Assembly (NCBI RefSeq): GCF_006345805.1
Contig: NC_043022.1
Coordinates: 15,934,001-15,998,000 of the forward strand
DNA length: 64,000 bases
Direction: 5' to 3'
Source: Octopus sinensis
Taxonomy: Eukaryota
The notes under the pieces are model-generated. The model saw nothing but the letters and a program-made list of their open reading frames with translations, was not told where the DNA came from and made no database searches. Positions 1-13,987 of this stretch are shown here, piece after piece. The translations under genes were made by a program, and so were the position numbers. The first letter of the stretch is position 1, and each line of letters begins with the position of its first letter.

Positions 1-1155
1 TCATCTTACACCTCTTCTGCCTCCTCGTCATAGTTGTACTCTTTGTTCTGTAATGAGTTCATCCACCCTCAGATACGACCCGGTCCCCCCTGTAACCTCG
101 TCCAATTTTTGCTTCGGTTTCAAAGAAAAAAACAAGCAAAAACGCTATTCATTCTTTAAAAAATTCAATTTTTTTTTAGAAAATCAATTATTATAAATGC
201 TAATTATTGTTTTCAGGAAAGTGATCAACATCACTACATCCTACTTTTGTGTAAAAATCTTTTGACACCCACCAAAATAACCATTTGTTGGACTGCGTGT
301 GTGTGTGTGTGTATTGAAACTTCTAAATTGCTTATTTTTATTCGCTTTTAAAAATAAAATAATTCAAGGATTTAGAATATTTTGTGTGTAAGAAAGAGGC
401 AAATAGGGTTTTTTTTTTGTTAATATCTAACGCGCTCCAGCATGGCCGCGGAAAAATGACTGAAGCCGGTGAAGGAATAAAAAATACCTGAAATTTAAAC
501 TTCAACCTATATTAATATATATATATATATAATTATATTTCTATTCATATATATACATGTGTGTGTGTGTGTCTGATAATGGGGAGAAAGAGTACTCAAT
601 ACGCTGGTGTAGAGTTACAGAGCTGATGATTCATTCCTTCAGTAGAACTGATTGTTGTGTTTTATTTCCATTTTCCTTTGTATTTGTTCATTCGGGCGGC
701 GCTCGGCAAAATAAATCGACATAGAAACTACCAGGCTTTAAAAGAAAGAAAAAAATAAAATAAGCCCTGGGGGTCGTCGATTCGTTCGACTAAAAAATTC
801 CCTAGGACGGTGCTCCAGCATGGCGCAGTCAAATGATTGAAACAAGTAAAAGATAGAAAGATAAATGCATATACATTCACACACACACACACACACATAT
901 ATATTTATATTTATATACACACATCTTTTATATTTTAGTTGTTTGTCAATCATTGGACTGCGGCCATGCTGGGGCATCCACCTTGAAGGTGTTTAATGAA
1001 ACAAATTGACTCCATCACGTAAACACCTTCATACTATATACACACATCTATGTATATATATCTCTCTTTCTCCATATATCTATCTATCTATATATATATA
1101 TGTATATAAATATATACATGTGTGTACGTGTATCTAATATATATATATATATTAT

Positions 1156-1202
<47 letters not shown>

Positions 1203-2105
1203 CTATGAAGAATTATTAGAGAACTGGCCGACCGAAAAGTAGTCTGGTGTCGTCGTTAGCACAATAAAAAAAAAAAGACAAATCCACCAGTCTGCCGTTT
1301 AATAAAGCCCGGAAATTCCATACTTAAATAATTCACATTATTTTTTACTCTTCTTTTTATTTCCCAAAATAAAAATCAATCCTTCCTCCCTCCTTCCTTC
1401 TCTCTATCTTCGTCTTTAATGGAAAGCCTACATGTCGAGATGTACGTCGTCTGTATTTTCATTCTTTCCTTCTCTCCTGCTACTTGTGGTTATTTATTAT
1501 CATTATTATTACTACATTACTTCTCCTCTTCGCTCTTTCTCTCAATCTCCTCCAAAATGTCCCTCTTGTACTCAGTGAATTCCTGGCCTATTTTCCCTCC
1601 TCTCTCTTCCTCCATTTTTTCTCTCCTTCCTTCCTTCCTTCCTTCTCTGCGTCTCCTCCCGCTCCATCTCTACTCCTTCCTCCTCCTCCTCCTCCTTCTC
1701 TCTATCTCTTCCTCCATTATCCTCCATGTTTAACATTCATCGTTAAACTAAGTTCACCGATATTTTCATATCAACAAATATGTACTTTTAAAACTTATTT
1801 TCCCCCCACAGTAAAATATAGTTTCTTTCGCTTGATTTTCCTTTGGTGTTGCAGCAGTTTTTTTTTATCACCAGGTTCACGGGATATTGTGTGTGTGTAT
1901 GTATATATATATGTATGTGTGTGTGTGTATCTATATGTGTAAACAAAATGTCTGTACATGTATGTATATATGTGTATAAATATATATATATATATATAAT
2001 TTAATTATGCTATATATCTATAAAATTTCATTTATTCTCTATTAAATGTCAGCTGTTTTGCTAGTAATATATATAGCAACTGCTATTCATTATTTTAGTG
2101 AGTGA

Positions 2106-2107
<2 letters not shown>

Positions 2108-2152
<45 letters not shown>
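2108..2152. repeat. (TA)n microsatellite (one of many TA, TG/CA and GA tracts)
   Basis: Direct reading. Similar tracts occur at about 1090-1198, 3805-3880, 23820-23850, 28973-28990 and 30940-30970. Confidence 0.9.
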
Positions 2153-2158
<6 letters not shown>

Positions 2159-3854
2159 CATATACTACAAGATATGTATATATGTGTGTGTGTGTGGTTT
2201 ATAAATGGGTCGTGTCGCGTACTTTGTGCTTGGTTTTTAAAATTAGTCCAAGCTGCCTGTTGACGCTTCTGTGGCTAACTTTTGTATTTTTACACAACAC
2301 ACTCAAAAAATTCGGCTCCAACAAACTTTTTCTTAAAAAAATTTCTATTTTATTTTATTTGCCCGTTTATCTTCATATAAAATAAATAAATATACGATTA
2401 ATTTAATAATAATAATAATTAGTGTAATAATTAGTGTAAGTTAATTTTTTTTTTAATATTTAGAATTGAATTAATAAAAAAAATTTAAAAAATCTGGTGT
2501 TAGTCATTGCGAAGTATTGTTGCCACATGTAGGAGTGTATGCATGGCTGTCTTTCCTTGCTCATGGTCGCTGTAATATTACATGTGTATTATATGAGGTA
2601 ATTAGCATTGCTTTATGCGTATAAGCGATAGCAATAACATTTTGTACATTTATTTGGAATTTTGTATTTTGTTTAGACAATACTTAAATTATAATCTTGC
2701 CACATGTGGGAATTTCAGTTGCAAATTTTTTCATGTATTGCTTTCACGAGGGCGGGAGCTGATAATAGCAATAATATATTTTAATGTATTGTACAAGTTT
2801 CCCCTTATTTCTGCTTTTATATTTTATTTGTCGAAACAGCAGTAAAAGTATCCATTTTGTAACATGTGGGATTCTGTTTAAAATTGTTTTTTTCATGCAT
2901 AATAATGTAATTTTAGAATCTACTTTTTGTCTTTCAACGGTTGCAGAAGTATAATTTACTAAACATGTAGGAATCTATACATCTGTTTATTGTCCATTGT
3001 TTAAATTTAAATCGGTTGCTACATTCACAAAATATATATATAAAGGTCTAGTTTTTTTAGCTTTATTGTTTTGATAACCAACTGTTTTTTTTTTCTTGGA
3101 CAATTTTCTAAAAATCTGAGAAACAACAGCAAAAGGGAAAAGCCACGAAATTATTAACATGAACCTTCTGTTTATGTATTTATTTCCTGGCTCTTTCTTC
3201 TTTCTCTCTCTCTCTCTCTCTCTCTGTTGTCTGGTAGTGAGGAGAAATGGCGACTAAACTCGTCCCTCGACTAACTACTATATTATCCTTACTAGGCCAG
3301 CTCTCTTTTCTCTTATTATTGAGCGTGTGTGTTCTTCTTCTTCTTCAACCACACTAATATTTTTTCCCCACCATGTCTCTCACTCACTCACTCTCTCTCT
3401 CTCGTTATCCTTCCCTTTCCTTCCTCTCTCTCTCTATCTCTCTCTCTCACCGCCATCGCCGTTCTCTCTAATACTCCTTCTCCCTTCGTTATTTCCTACC
3501 GCCATGAGCAGCTAGTTAGCCAGCCAGTGTGATCATCATCACCATCATTCCTCTTTCTCTCTCTACACTGTGTCGACTGAGCTACTTGCCCTCCTCATGT
3601 GTGTATGTATAATAATAATAATATATATATATATCTCTGCCATGGATGTTTAATTTCTGCTTTATATCTACATTTTCAATATGAATTCTTTATTGTCTGT
3701 TATTTGAATGATCATTACTATTATTATTACTATTATTATCATTACCTACATGCTGTCCTTCCCCCTTTACCATGTAGCATTATTTGAATTTTTTATAACT
3801 TGAATATATATATATATATATATGTGTATATATAAATATATATATTTGTGGAGC

Positions 3855-3885
<31 letters not shown>

Positions 3886-6800
3886 ATCCCAAACAAAAAA
3901 AATAACATAGCTCAGCATTATCTCACTTGTGTGTTTAATTCCTGTGTGTATATATATATATATACATTATATATTTATATATATATAATGTATATATATA
4001 TATGTACACATTTATGTATGCATGTTTATACATGTATGCACCTTTATATATTTCTGTATGCATGTAATATCTGTAAGTATGCATGTTATGTATACACCTA
4101 TATACACATGTACATATATGTATAATTCAATGCATTTAATGTTATACATACCTTAACTTTTTATAATTTCATATCTTCATTTATTTATTTATTAATTATA
4201 CAATATTATTTCTTAATTAATATTTATTGATAATAATAATAATATAATAATAATGTCATTAGTGTTGTTGTTGTTGTTGTTATTAATGATATTTCCCGCC
4301 AGATTCTTTCAAGTCCCCTCCCCTCAACATTTTATGTCTGGGGGGGGGGCCTCCAAGAGGGGGGGGGGGAGATACTGTTTTTCTCGCCGACCCGAATCGG
4401 ACGGACAAACCGTTTTTTGGTTACCACTTGCATACATTTTATTATTTAGAAGACGACCTTTATTTAGATATATATATATATATATAATGATAATAATTAT
4501 TATAGTTTTACTGACATTGATTTAATGTCTTTTCTGATAGACGAAGGGGTCTAAAAATGAAGAGCAAAAAAAGTGCGACCGTCCTGGCTTCTCAGTTTCC
4601 CGTCTTGTTCATGGCTTTTCAGAAATGGTTGAGAGTTGACACAGAAAAAGCGACGAGTTGACCTTTATTATTATTATTACTATTACTGTTGCTATTATTA
4701 TTGTAATTTTCATACCTCACTACCAGTTCCAAGGTTCGAATCCCTTGTCTTCTTCTCTCTCTTCCACCCTCGGTCTGTCTGTCCCCCCCCACGGCCAACC
4801 ATCTCCTGTAATTTCTTAAAACGAATACCTGTTATATATTTATTTGTGATTGAATTATTACATCGACCTTTGTGATATTTATTACCGTAGAGGGGAGGGG
4901 GGTTGTACCTAATTAAAAGGTATTATAATTATTATTCTGATCTTGGGCCAGCGGGGAGTGATTGCCTCCCCCCCCCCGTCTCCAGGTGGTTTCGAACCCG
5001 CGACCTTGCTGTCCGTTGGAGCCGTTTTCCCTTTACGTTCTAGATGCACTTAATGAGAGAGAGAAGGTATGAACGCCCCCAATACTTTATCCATCCATCC
5101 TTTTAAACACATTCATCCACCCCCCCAGCTTGATTATTAATTAATTAATCGTTATAAACCACAGTTATTACTAATTTTATTATTATTAATCATCTCTTAA
5201 TTACCTTCTCGGATGTTGTTGTGGTCCAGGCCATATTTAATTACTGCTTAGTAATTTAAAGGTATTGATATCCTCCTAATATCTCTCTCGTTATGTCCAC
5301 GGGACCGTGTTGATTATTTAAAATAATTAAACGATTGTCGGCTTTAATTGAATCAGCCAAAAGTATTGCTACTGTTTTGGCCCTTGGTCCCGTCAGCGAG
5401 GCGTTCCAACCACGGCCATCCACAACTACAATGTTCGGTTGTGTGATGCGCCTCGTGAGTGTGATTTGAGGGTGATTTAGCTGCTAATTCTAACAGGTAG
5501 AGAGACACAGGCTGGTTCCGTCCGTTCCGCTTCAAGTCGTGAAATAAACTTGTTGACGTATTCAACCGTTATTAAAATCACTTTTAAGGATTCCTTGGCG
5601 TCTTTTAGAAATATTTTCGGGTCCCAATATTCACTGCAGGCTTTAGATATTATTAGGGTCAGCTTAACCAAACCAGCCTTCCACTTGTGGCCACCCCGTT
5701 TTATGATAAACAGTATATCTAGGACTATGGACTATACTAACCTTTCTGAAAATGTATCCCAGTTTTTTTTGGGTTTTATTTTTTTGTCATGGATGTAAAT
5801 CTTAAGAATAATTCTATTTTTAGGATAACCATTCTTTATTTACTGCAGACCTAAACCGACCTTCCACTGATGGCCATCCTGTCGTAGTTATTCAGACACT
5901 ATACCTGTTATATGTGTATTTAGGACTACATAAGACTGGAACGGTGTAAATCTGAAAGGAATTCTGCTGCTATTTTTAACAGGTCAACGACCACACACTA
6001 GTTGGCTTTGATTTTTACTGAAAATTAAGGGGGCTGGCCCCCGTTCCTTCCTATACTGATGACTCTCCTATGTTTGTATACTTCATTTGAGATTTTTTTT
6101 TTGGTACATGAAAGGAATTTCAAATATTCTCCCTCCCTCCCTTTTTTGGGGGGAGGGGCAAAATAATGTCTAAATATCTTTCAACTTCATTTTAAATTTT
6201 ATTTTAGAAAACTAATGTTATTTTGTTATTAATTAGTATTATTTTTTAATTATTTTATTCGTGTATATATTTAATAATATAAACAAAATACGAAAACCCT
6301 GATTTTGAATAATCTGGGACAAATTTAAAATGGCTCTCTCTCCTTCGAACTCCCATTTACCTCATGGGTTTAAGAAAAAAAGGGCAGGGTTTTCCCCCCC
6401 ACCTACTTTCTTAATACCCCAGAAATTACCATTCTGAACACAATTTTTTTTGTTTTTTTTTATAAAAAGTCGAATTTTTTACATTTTTGTTCCACTTCCA
6501 CCTTCATTTCCGAATCGCTTTCCCTTTGTCATGAGGTTTGGGACATCGAAGGACTGCTATTCTAAAACTCTGCCAGTCTTCTCTTTTAAACAGCAGGTGA
6601 CAAACACTGCGTCCAAGGCTATATATATACATATATAGAGGTTTGTGCATGTACATGGTGGTGTATGTATGTACGTTTTTGTGTAGTGGTATTTTTGAAA
6701 AATTATTTTCCATGTGAGCGTAAAAGTGGGATGGTTCTACATTTGAATTGATGAGATTTTTCGTTTGATTTCTCTTCCTAAAACTCTGACGACCATCCAA

Positions 6801-8737
6801 CCTCGAAATAGCTAGGAGTGGTGGTGTGGCATGGAGGGGGTGGGGGACAAAGGGACGAATCTCTGGTTTTGGTAAGTTTCATGTACACCGTGTGTGTGTG
6901 TGTATTATATGGTCATTGTACGTGCAGTCTTTTAATAGAAAAGTTTTGTACTTAGACTTGTACACACACAAACACACATGAGTGACTTTGTTTCACACAA
7001 GCATAAGGACCGTTTGAAGATCAACTGCCACTGTAAGGTTACAGCTGGATGCCCTCAAGTAATTCCTTCTACACCTATAAATGGGTCTGGAATCTGTGTT
7101 CCGTTCTTTGTTTTGTTTTCTTTTCTCCCCCTTTTTTTTGTGTGTGTGTGTTCTCTGTTTAAGACTCTCGCTACAACCATAAACTCTACTGGAACGAAGT
7201 ACAACACAAAACTTCACAATTCAAGCGGTTCTTTACTCTCACACAGAGGTAACATCTGGTAAACGCTTCAAGTTGTTTAACCCCTTGCCAACCCCAGTTG
7301 TATAGGCTTTATGATCAGAAACCTTCCAACTGTGACCATCCACCTCTTCCTTCCCCTGACTCCCAGACACGGTTCACATCTTGTGTCCTTCCCCTCTCCA
7401 AGACTGTAAGGAGTATTCAAAGGGATTAGCGTCTATTTCTAGCAAGTTGAGTGTTAGAGGTTCTTTCCAGGTGTTGAGAGAATTAGTGCATTTTTTGTGT
7501 ATTTCAGGGTGTAGTTCCACATTTTTTGTGTTTAGGGTTATGTTCCACATGACTTGAGATTTTGATATAAATTTTTTGTTTCCAGGAGAAGAATACATGT
7601 TCTGTGTACCTTTCTTGGATTATATAGCATTGGATTTTTTTTTTTTAAATGTGTGCTTTGATTATAAATACCAGGTATCACTCCTGGGTAAGTTAATCTT
7701 ATTAGATGTGGCTGACCATTATCTCAGTCGGTCACTCTTGGGAATCCAGCCAAAAAGTGCATTGATGGTTTCTTCTGAAAGGACCCTATGGTGGAGGTGC
7801 CTGAGGACACTATCCCCACATCCCTTCCAGGGAAAGTGGGTGGAGAAAATGGATGGATATGGAGTTAAGTTGATGTAAACGCTGCAGGAGCTGGTGCTAG
7901 ATTAACAAAAATACTGAGTGGACAGCTAGTTTTTTTATTTTTGATTTTGTAAATGCTAGAATTCCAATGATTTGTCTGTGATACCACCATACACCTTTTG
8001 GCGAGAATTTACATGTATAAACTTGTCCTGTTGAGTTGTACCACTAAAATTCTCATGATTTACAAATGCTAAACAACGGGTAACAGCATTTAATTATTAC
8101 AACCATTACTGCTACTACTACTACTACTACTACTACTACTGCTGCTGCTGTTGCACTGTAATAACCTTGTGAGTGGTACAGCATCATTCAGATGAAGTGG
8201 ACAGGGTGTTTGTGTTGCAGTTTGGTGGGGTTGCTTCTGCACCAGTGTTTGTCTATTCAACAGTTCTTTGGCTGTTCCTGAAAGCTGAGGTCAAGTGCTT
8301 GCTACATTCCTGGAAATTAGCCATCTTTTAGCCAGTTCTCACAACTATTGCAAAGGAGTCAGTTCTGATAAAGCTGACCTGTTGTAATCAACAGCTCTCC
8401 ACCCATACCCATCCTGTCTTTTCAGGATTATCTGTTTCTTTGATCAACATTAAGATGGCAAGGTGTGATATGAGCTGGCACAATTGCTACCATGCCAGGG
8501 AAACTACTTGGCAGCATTCTTTCTGAGTTCAAATACTGGTGAGGTTGACTTTGCCTTTCTTCCTTTTGGGGATCAGTAAGTACCAGTTAAACACTGGGGT
8601 CGATTTAATTGACTTAGCCCCATCCCCTCCCTCAAATTGCTGTCCTTGTGCCAAAATTTGAAAACCAATATGAAGAATCTTTGACTTCTATTTCTAGCAG
8701 GTTTAACTGGCCGTGTGAAGAGTCTCTGGCTCTCTAT

Positions 8738-8970
8738 ATATTTCTTTGCGACCCACAAGGGGCTAAACATAGAGGGGACAAACAAGGACATACAAAGGGA
8801 TTAAGTCGATTACATTGACCCCAGTGCGAAACTGGTACTTTATTTATCAACCCCGAAAGGGTGAAAGGCAAAGTCGACCTCGGCGGAATTTGAACTCAGA
8901 ACATAGCGGCAGACAAAATACCGCTAAGCATTTCGCCCGGTGCGCTAACGATTCTGCCAGTTCGCCGCCT
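8738..8970 (-). mobile_element. SINE family B (AAGGCGGCGAGCTGGCAGAA head)
   Basis: Reverse complement of the unit seen at 27852, 34455 and 44218, with a GAGTTCAAATTCC B-box-like motif. Confidence 0.85.
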
Positions 8971-9490
8971 CAAACTCTAGCTCTACATAGTTAATTATTC
9001 AATTTAAAAAACACACTTTTGTTTAGTGGAAGCGAAGTCATTGACCCTTTATACTGCCTTTCTGACCCTTTACACTGACCCCCAAGACTAGTGAGGAGGG
9101 ACACAGGAAAGAAGAGATCTGGCCTCAATGCTTGTCCCACAGTAGATTCCACTAAAGGTACTCAAACAGCCAGGTGGCAGTGGTGTTGAACCAGGTAATA
9201 AAGTTGACCACCTCAGGAGACCATAGAACATTAAAAGCCGTAACTAAATACTGCAAAGTGTTATGTCTGACTCTAGTGTTTCTGGCAATCCCCTGCCGTC
9301 CTTCTTAATCATAATCTTCTCTAATCCGGTTTAGTAAAACAACTGAGATTTCACTTTACAGTATCTTATTTAATCTTGTATGGAAAGTATCTTTAGTTAA
9401 ACTTTTTTATAAATTTAGTTTTCACCAAATATATTGACTACAGAATAGTCTAATATTAGGGCATATTTTACGCATGACAGAAAAATAAAT

Positions 9491-9662
9491 AGGCGCAGGA
9501 GTGGCTGTGTGGTAAGTAGCTTGTTTACCAACCACATGGTTCTGGGTTCAGTCCCACTGCGTGGCACCTTGGGCAAGTGTCTTCTACTATAGCCTCGGGC
9601 CGACCAAAGCCTTGTGAGTGGATTTGGTTGACGGAAACTGAAAGAAGCCCGTCGTATATATG

Positions 9663-9693
<31 letters not shown>

Positions 9694-9858
9694 CTGTGTT
9701 TGTCCCCCTAGCATTGCTTGACAACCGATGCTGGTGTGCTTATGTCCCCGTCACTTAGTGGTTCAGCAAAACAGACTGATAGAATAAGTACTGGGCTTAC
9801 AAAGAATAAGTGCCGGGGTCGAGTTGCTCGATTAAAGGTGGTGCTCCAGCATGGCCGC
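9491..9858 (+). mobile_element. tRNA-derived SINE family A (young copy, tail replaced by a hairpin insertion)
   Basis: AGGCGCAGGAGTGGCTGTGTGG head, GGTTCAGTCCC B box, CCTTGGGCAAGTG core, internal (TA)n(TG)n. Near-identical to the copies at 11218, 21996, 35396 and 59881. Confidence 0.88.
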
Positions 9859-10221
9859 GTATTAATACACATGGGGATCGAACCCACACCCGCACACTTA
9901 TTACAAAATTCAGAGGTGCAGGTTCGATTCCCTCGTGTACTAAACCCACTTTTTCTGTCACGGGTTTGTATGCCCCAATATTAGACTATTTCAGGGTGGA
10001 AAGCTGGTAGAATTGTTAACACATCTGCTTAACTTTGTTTTTCGTCCTTTTGAGGTTGCTAAAACAACGTAGTTCTCGGGGAGATTCAGCATGACACAGA
10101 ATGTGACAAGAGAAAGCTGGCCCCGAATGCGCTGGAGCAATAAAGTGTCTTGCTCAAGGACACAGTGCTCACTCAGGAATCGAACTCGCAACCTTACTGC
10201 TATCTTGAGTTGAATACCTTT

Positions 10222-10738
10222 AGGTGCAAGCGTGGCTGTGTGGTAAGAAGCTTGCTTCCCAACCACATGGTTCTGGGTTCAGTCCCACTGCATGGCACCT
10301 TGGGCAAGTGTCTTCTACTATAGCCTCGGGCTGACCAAAGCCTTGCGAGTGGATTTGGTAGATGGAAACTAAAAGAAGCCTGTCATATATAATTGTTAAA
10401 GGGGACAACAAACATTAAGGCAAGGCAAACATCTCAAGTCATATACATTATTATTATTAGAAAAAGTTCAAAGTCTTACAGCTGTTTCTGGGATATCCCA
10501 GAGTATAGGATATTCCGTCATCAGAGACAAATAGGGAAAATGTGTGTGTGTGTGTTTATCCCCTCCACAACTACTTGACAACCGATGTTGGTGTGTTTAT
10601 GTCCCTGTAACTTAGCGGTTTGGCAAAAGAACCGATAGAATAAGTACTAGGCTAACGAAGAATAGGTCCTGGGGTTGATTAGTTCGACTGAAAGTAGTGC
10701 TCCAGCATGGCTGCAGTCAAATGACTGAAAAGAGTAAA
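10222..10738 (+). mobile_element. SINE family A, diverged copy with an internal insertion
   Basis: Same head, core and tail blocks as the 9491 copy, interrupted at about 10390-10540. Confidence 0.75.
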
Positions 10739-10956
10739 GTGTAACAGCTAAGTCGTGGGATTTTATATTTTTGAACTTAGTGTAATCACATTCCTCTCTT
10801 ATACAAATTTTTTTTCCTTGTTTTAACAACTCCTGTTGGATATTTGACAGTTTACCTGTTGTAAATCTGCTGTCAGGCCTTGTGGTGGATGGTGGCACTG
10901 TTCATGTAGAAGAAAGCCACATGTAGATGTGTTACACCAATCATGGTGAAACTTTC

Positions 10957-11183
10957 TAAATCCTTTCATTACTGTATTCATTTTGAGATGCTCTGTGTTT
11001 CTTTCAATTAATTCTAAATATAACAAAGAATTTAGTAAAATAACTCGGTTATCATTAAGCTAGTGTTAAGAACATAAATTTGGACTAAATTTTGGTAGAT
11101 TTTAATTCAAAGCTTATGGAAGCAAGACATTTGTACTACATAGCCAGAGCTGGTTTCAGCCGGGTTGGTAACAAAAGGGTTAA
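10957..11183. mobile_element. TTAA MITE family 1
   Basis: Same body; right end GGTAACAAAAGGGTTAA. Confidence 0.75.
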
Positions 11184-11217
11184 ATTGGTAATTTGAAATT
11201 CAAAAAAAAAAATACAT

Positions 11218-11608
11218 AGGCGCAGGAGTGGCTGTGTGGTAAGTAGCTTGCTAACCAAGCACATAGTTCCGGGTTCAGTCCCACTGTGTGGCACCTTGGG
11301 CAAGTGTCTTCTACTATAGCCTCGGGCCGACCAAAGCCTTGTGAGTGGATTTGGTAGACGGAAACTGAAAGAGGCCCGTCGTATATTATATATATATTAT
11401 ATGTGTGTCTGTGTTTGTCCCCCTAGCATTGCTTGACAACCGATGCTGGTGTTTTATGTCCCCGTTACTTAGCGGTTCGGCAAAAGAGACGATAGAATAA
11501 GTACTGGCTTACAAAAGAATAAGTCCCGGGGTCGAGTTGCTCGATTAAAGCCGGTGCTCCAGCATGGCCGCAGTCAAATGACTGAAACAAGTAAAAGAGT
11601 AAAGAGTA
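11218..11608 (+). mobile_element. SINE family A, full-length young copy
   Basis: Complete from head to the AAGAGT tail; near-identical to the other young copies. Confidence 0.9.
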
Positions 11609-13987
11609 TGGCTGTGGGGTTAAGGGGCTAGTTTTGCTACCACATGGTTTCAGGTTCAGTCTCGTTGCATGACTTTTTGGGCAAGTGTTCGTCTACCATA
11701 GCCCTGGGCCAAACAATGCCCTGTAAGTGAATTTGGTAGGTGGAAAATGTGAGGAATCCTATTGTATGTTTGTGTGTGAAGGTGCAGGGTTTAGTGTTTA
11801 TGCGTGGTGCACGCACGATTGTGTTCTTGAGCAAGACACTTCATTCTATGTTGCTCCAGTCCACTCAGCTGTAAACAGATCACCCTGTGAGGGAATAGCC
11901 TTCTGATCAAGGGGGAATGGTGGCATCGTTCAAAAGCTACAACAATGCAAAGTGCACTGTGATTAGCAATGTATAACACCTGATAGTCTGGTCAATCACG
12001 ATATATGAATATCGCCATCATCATTTTCCATGCTGGCATGGGTTGGACAACTTGACAGGAACCAGTAAAACCAGGTCCCTTAGGGAGCCACATCAGGTCT
12101 CATAGTCTGTTTTGGTTTGCTTTCTGTGGCTTGATGCCTTTCTTAGTACCAACAACTCCACTGAGGCAACAGTTATATATTCTTAAGAACTTGCTTAAAA
12201 TTTCGCTTTCAACTGGGAGGAAAGAAGCTTCAATTTCAAGGCATTAAGAATTACCTGACCCAGAAAGAAAATACTGGCGCCAGGCACTGAACTTAATATT
12301 TGTGTGTGTGTGTGTGCATGTGTTTGTTTACATTCCTGTGACTTAGTGGTTTGGCAAAGAGACTAATAGATTAATAAAGTCCTGGGGTCAATTTGTTTGA
12401 CTGAACCATTCAGCATGGCCACAGTCCAGTGGCTGAAACCAGTAAATGATGAAAGATGCCAACCCACCTGAGACCATTTTTGGGTCTGTCTGATATAGAC
12501 TTCCTGTTTTCAAGTTAAGAATCCTAGGTTCGTTAATATTCCAAACACCATCTTAATAAATCTTTCATCTTTTATTTGTTTCAGTCATTAGACTGCTGCC
12601 ATGCTGGGGCAATGTTTTGAAGAGTTCTTTAGTTGAAGGAATTGACTGCAGGACTAATTTTATTAAAGCCTGGTACTTATTCTATTGGTTTCTTGCTGAG
12701 CTGCTAAGTTACGAAGGACATAAGCACACTGACACCAATTGCCAAGTGATGGTGAGGGGACACACAGACACACACACAACAAGGCTTCTTTCAGTTAACG
12801 TCCACTGAATCCACTAACAAGGCTTTGGTCAGCCTGAGGCTCTAGGACACACTTGCTCAAGATGCCACACAGTGGGACTGAACCTGGAGCCACCGTGTGG
12901 TTGGGAAGCTTCTTACCACACAGACGGCAAAGTTATTTTACTAAATTCTTTGCAGTCTTCAAAACTAATTTACACAAAAGCTGGACATTTCAACAGAACT
13001 CGTATTATTAACAAAAGGGATTTAAAAATTCTGTCATTGGACTGTCACATTTGGACTGTCACATGTATTTTAGTTCTCAGTAGATATAACGGGAGCTGTG
13101 TACTGTTCAGTGTCACCTGACACACATGTCATGGGTTTCTTAAATCGTAACCACCATATTGGCCCATGAAAGTTGTTGGCATTTACTCGTGCCCTTTGAC
13201 CCCTTTGGGACATGGGCCAGTGATGACTTTTCCCCTGGACTGTCCACCCTCTCCTGTCTATGTAGGGATGTTGGCTTGCTTCACACCAATTTTTTTACCC
13301 CTGGGAAGAGGTGGTCTATCACATTCGTCTGGCTCCTCTCCTTGGACCCCTGTCCAGCATGGGAGGCCCTCACAGGAATTTGCATTTCACTGGTATATCT
13401 CTCAGGGCCATTCAGACATAGAAGTCACCAGACCACATCAACTATTGGATCTTGTGATGTTATTGGTGTTTTGCTGCAGTTCATCTCTGGCCAAAGATGC
13501 TCCACCCATGCCCATCCATTTTTCTATTCTGGCATTGTGTATCTAAGTCTTAATTATGTAACATGTTCCCCTCCCTTTTTTTTCTAAGATGACAAGTAGT
13601 GCTTTTAGAGAGATTTGGTTGCTCTTTCTAGTAAGTAGAGGTTCTCTTCTTACGATGATGTTCAGTGGTTCTCAACAATTTTAAGTGGACCCTCATAGCC
13701 CTTCAATGTTTTAAAAACCCCATATTTTTAGAATTAGATATTAGGAATTGCAAAGAACAAGATATTTTATGTATTGAAGAAGCGCAAGTAGTTTATTACA
13801 CATAAGTTTTAACCCTGAAAATCTTATATGGGCCCCAGTTGAAAAGCAGTGGTGTGGTTGGTGCAGACAGAGTAGTAAGGCTGTCATATATAGGCAGGAG
13901 AGAGGGAGAAGGCTCCATCAGCACTTTGAAGCAAGGAATGTGTGGGTTGCCTTCCTCCACTGTATTTCATTTAGTAATCTTATATCT

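Noticed and set aside
623-660. Other CTGATGA motifs (623, 21392, 32229) as hammerheads
   Set aside because: None has a stem II followed by GAAA in the right geometry.
738-4875. Many 60-150 aa ORFs rich in YI, CV, LS and SF repeats
   Set aside because: They are translations of TA, TG and CT microsatellites and pyrimidine tracts, with no domain-like content.
4988-5007. Minus-strand AAGGTCGCGGGTTCGAAACC as a tRNA gene
   Set aside because: Only a T-arm/B-box match; no D-arm or acceptor stem.
7586-7687. Possible 5' UTR exon (TTTCCAG|..CTGG|GTAAGT)
   Set aside because: Only splice-like motifs; such pairs arise by chance in AT-rich introns and cannot be supported without transcripts.
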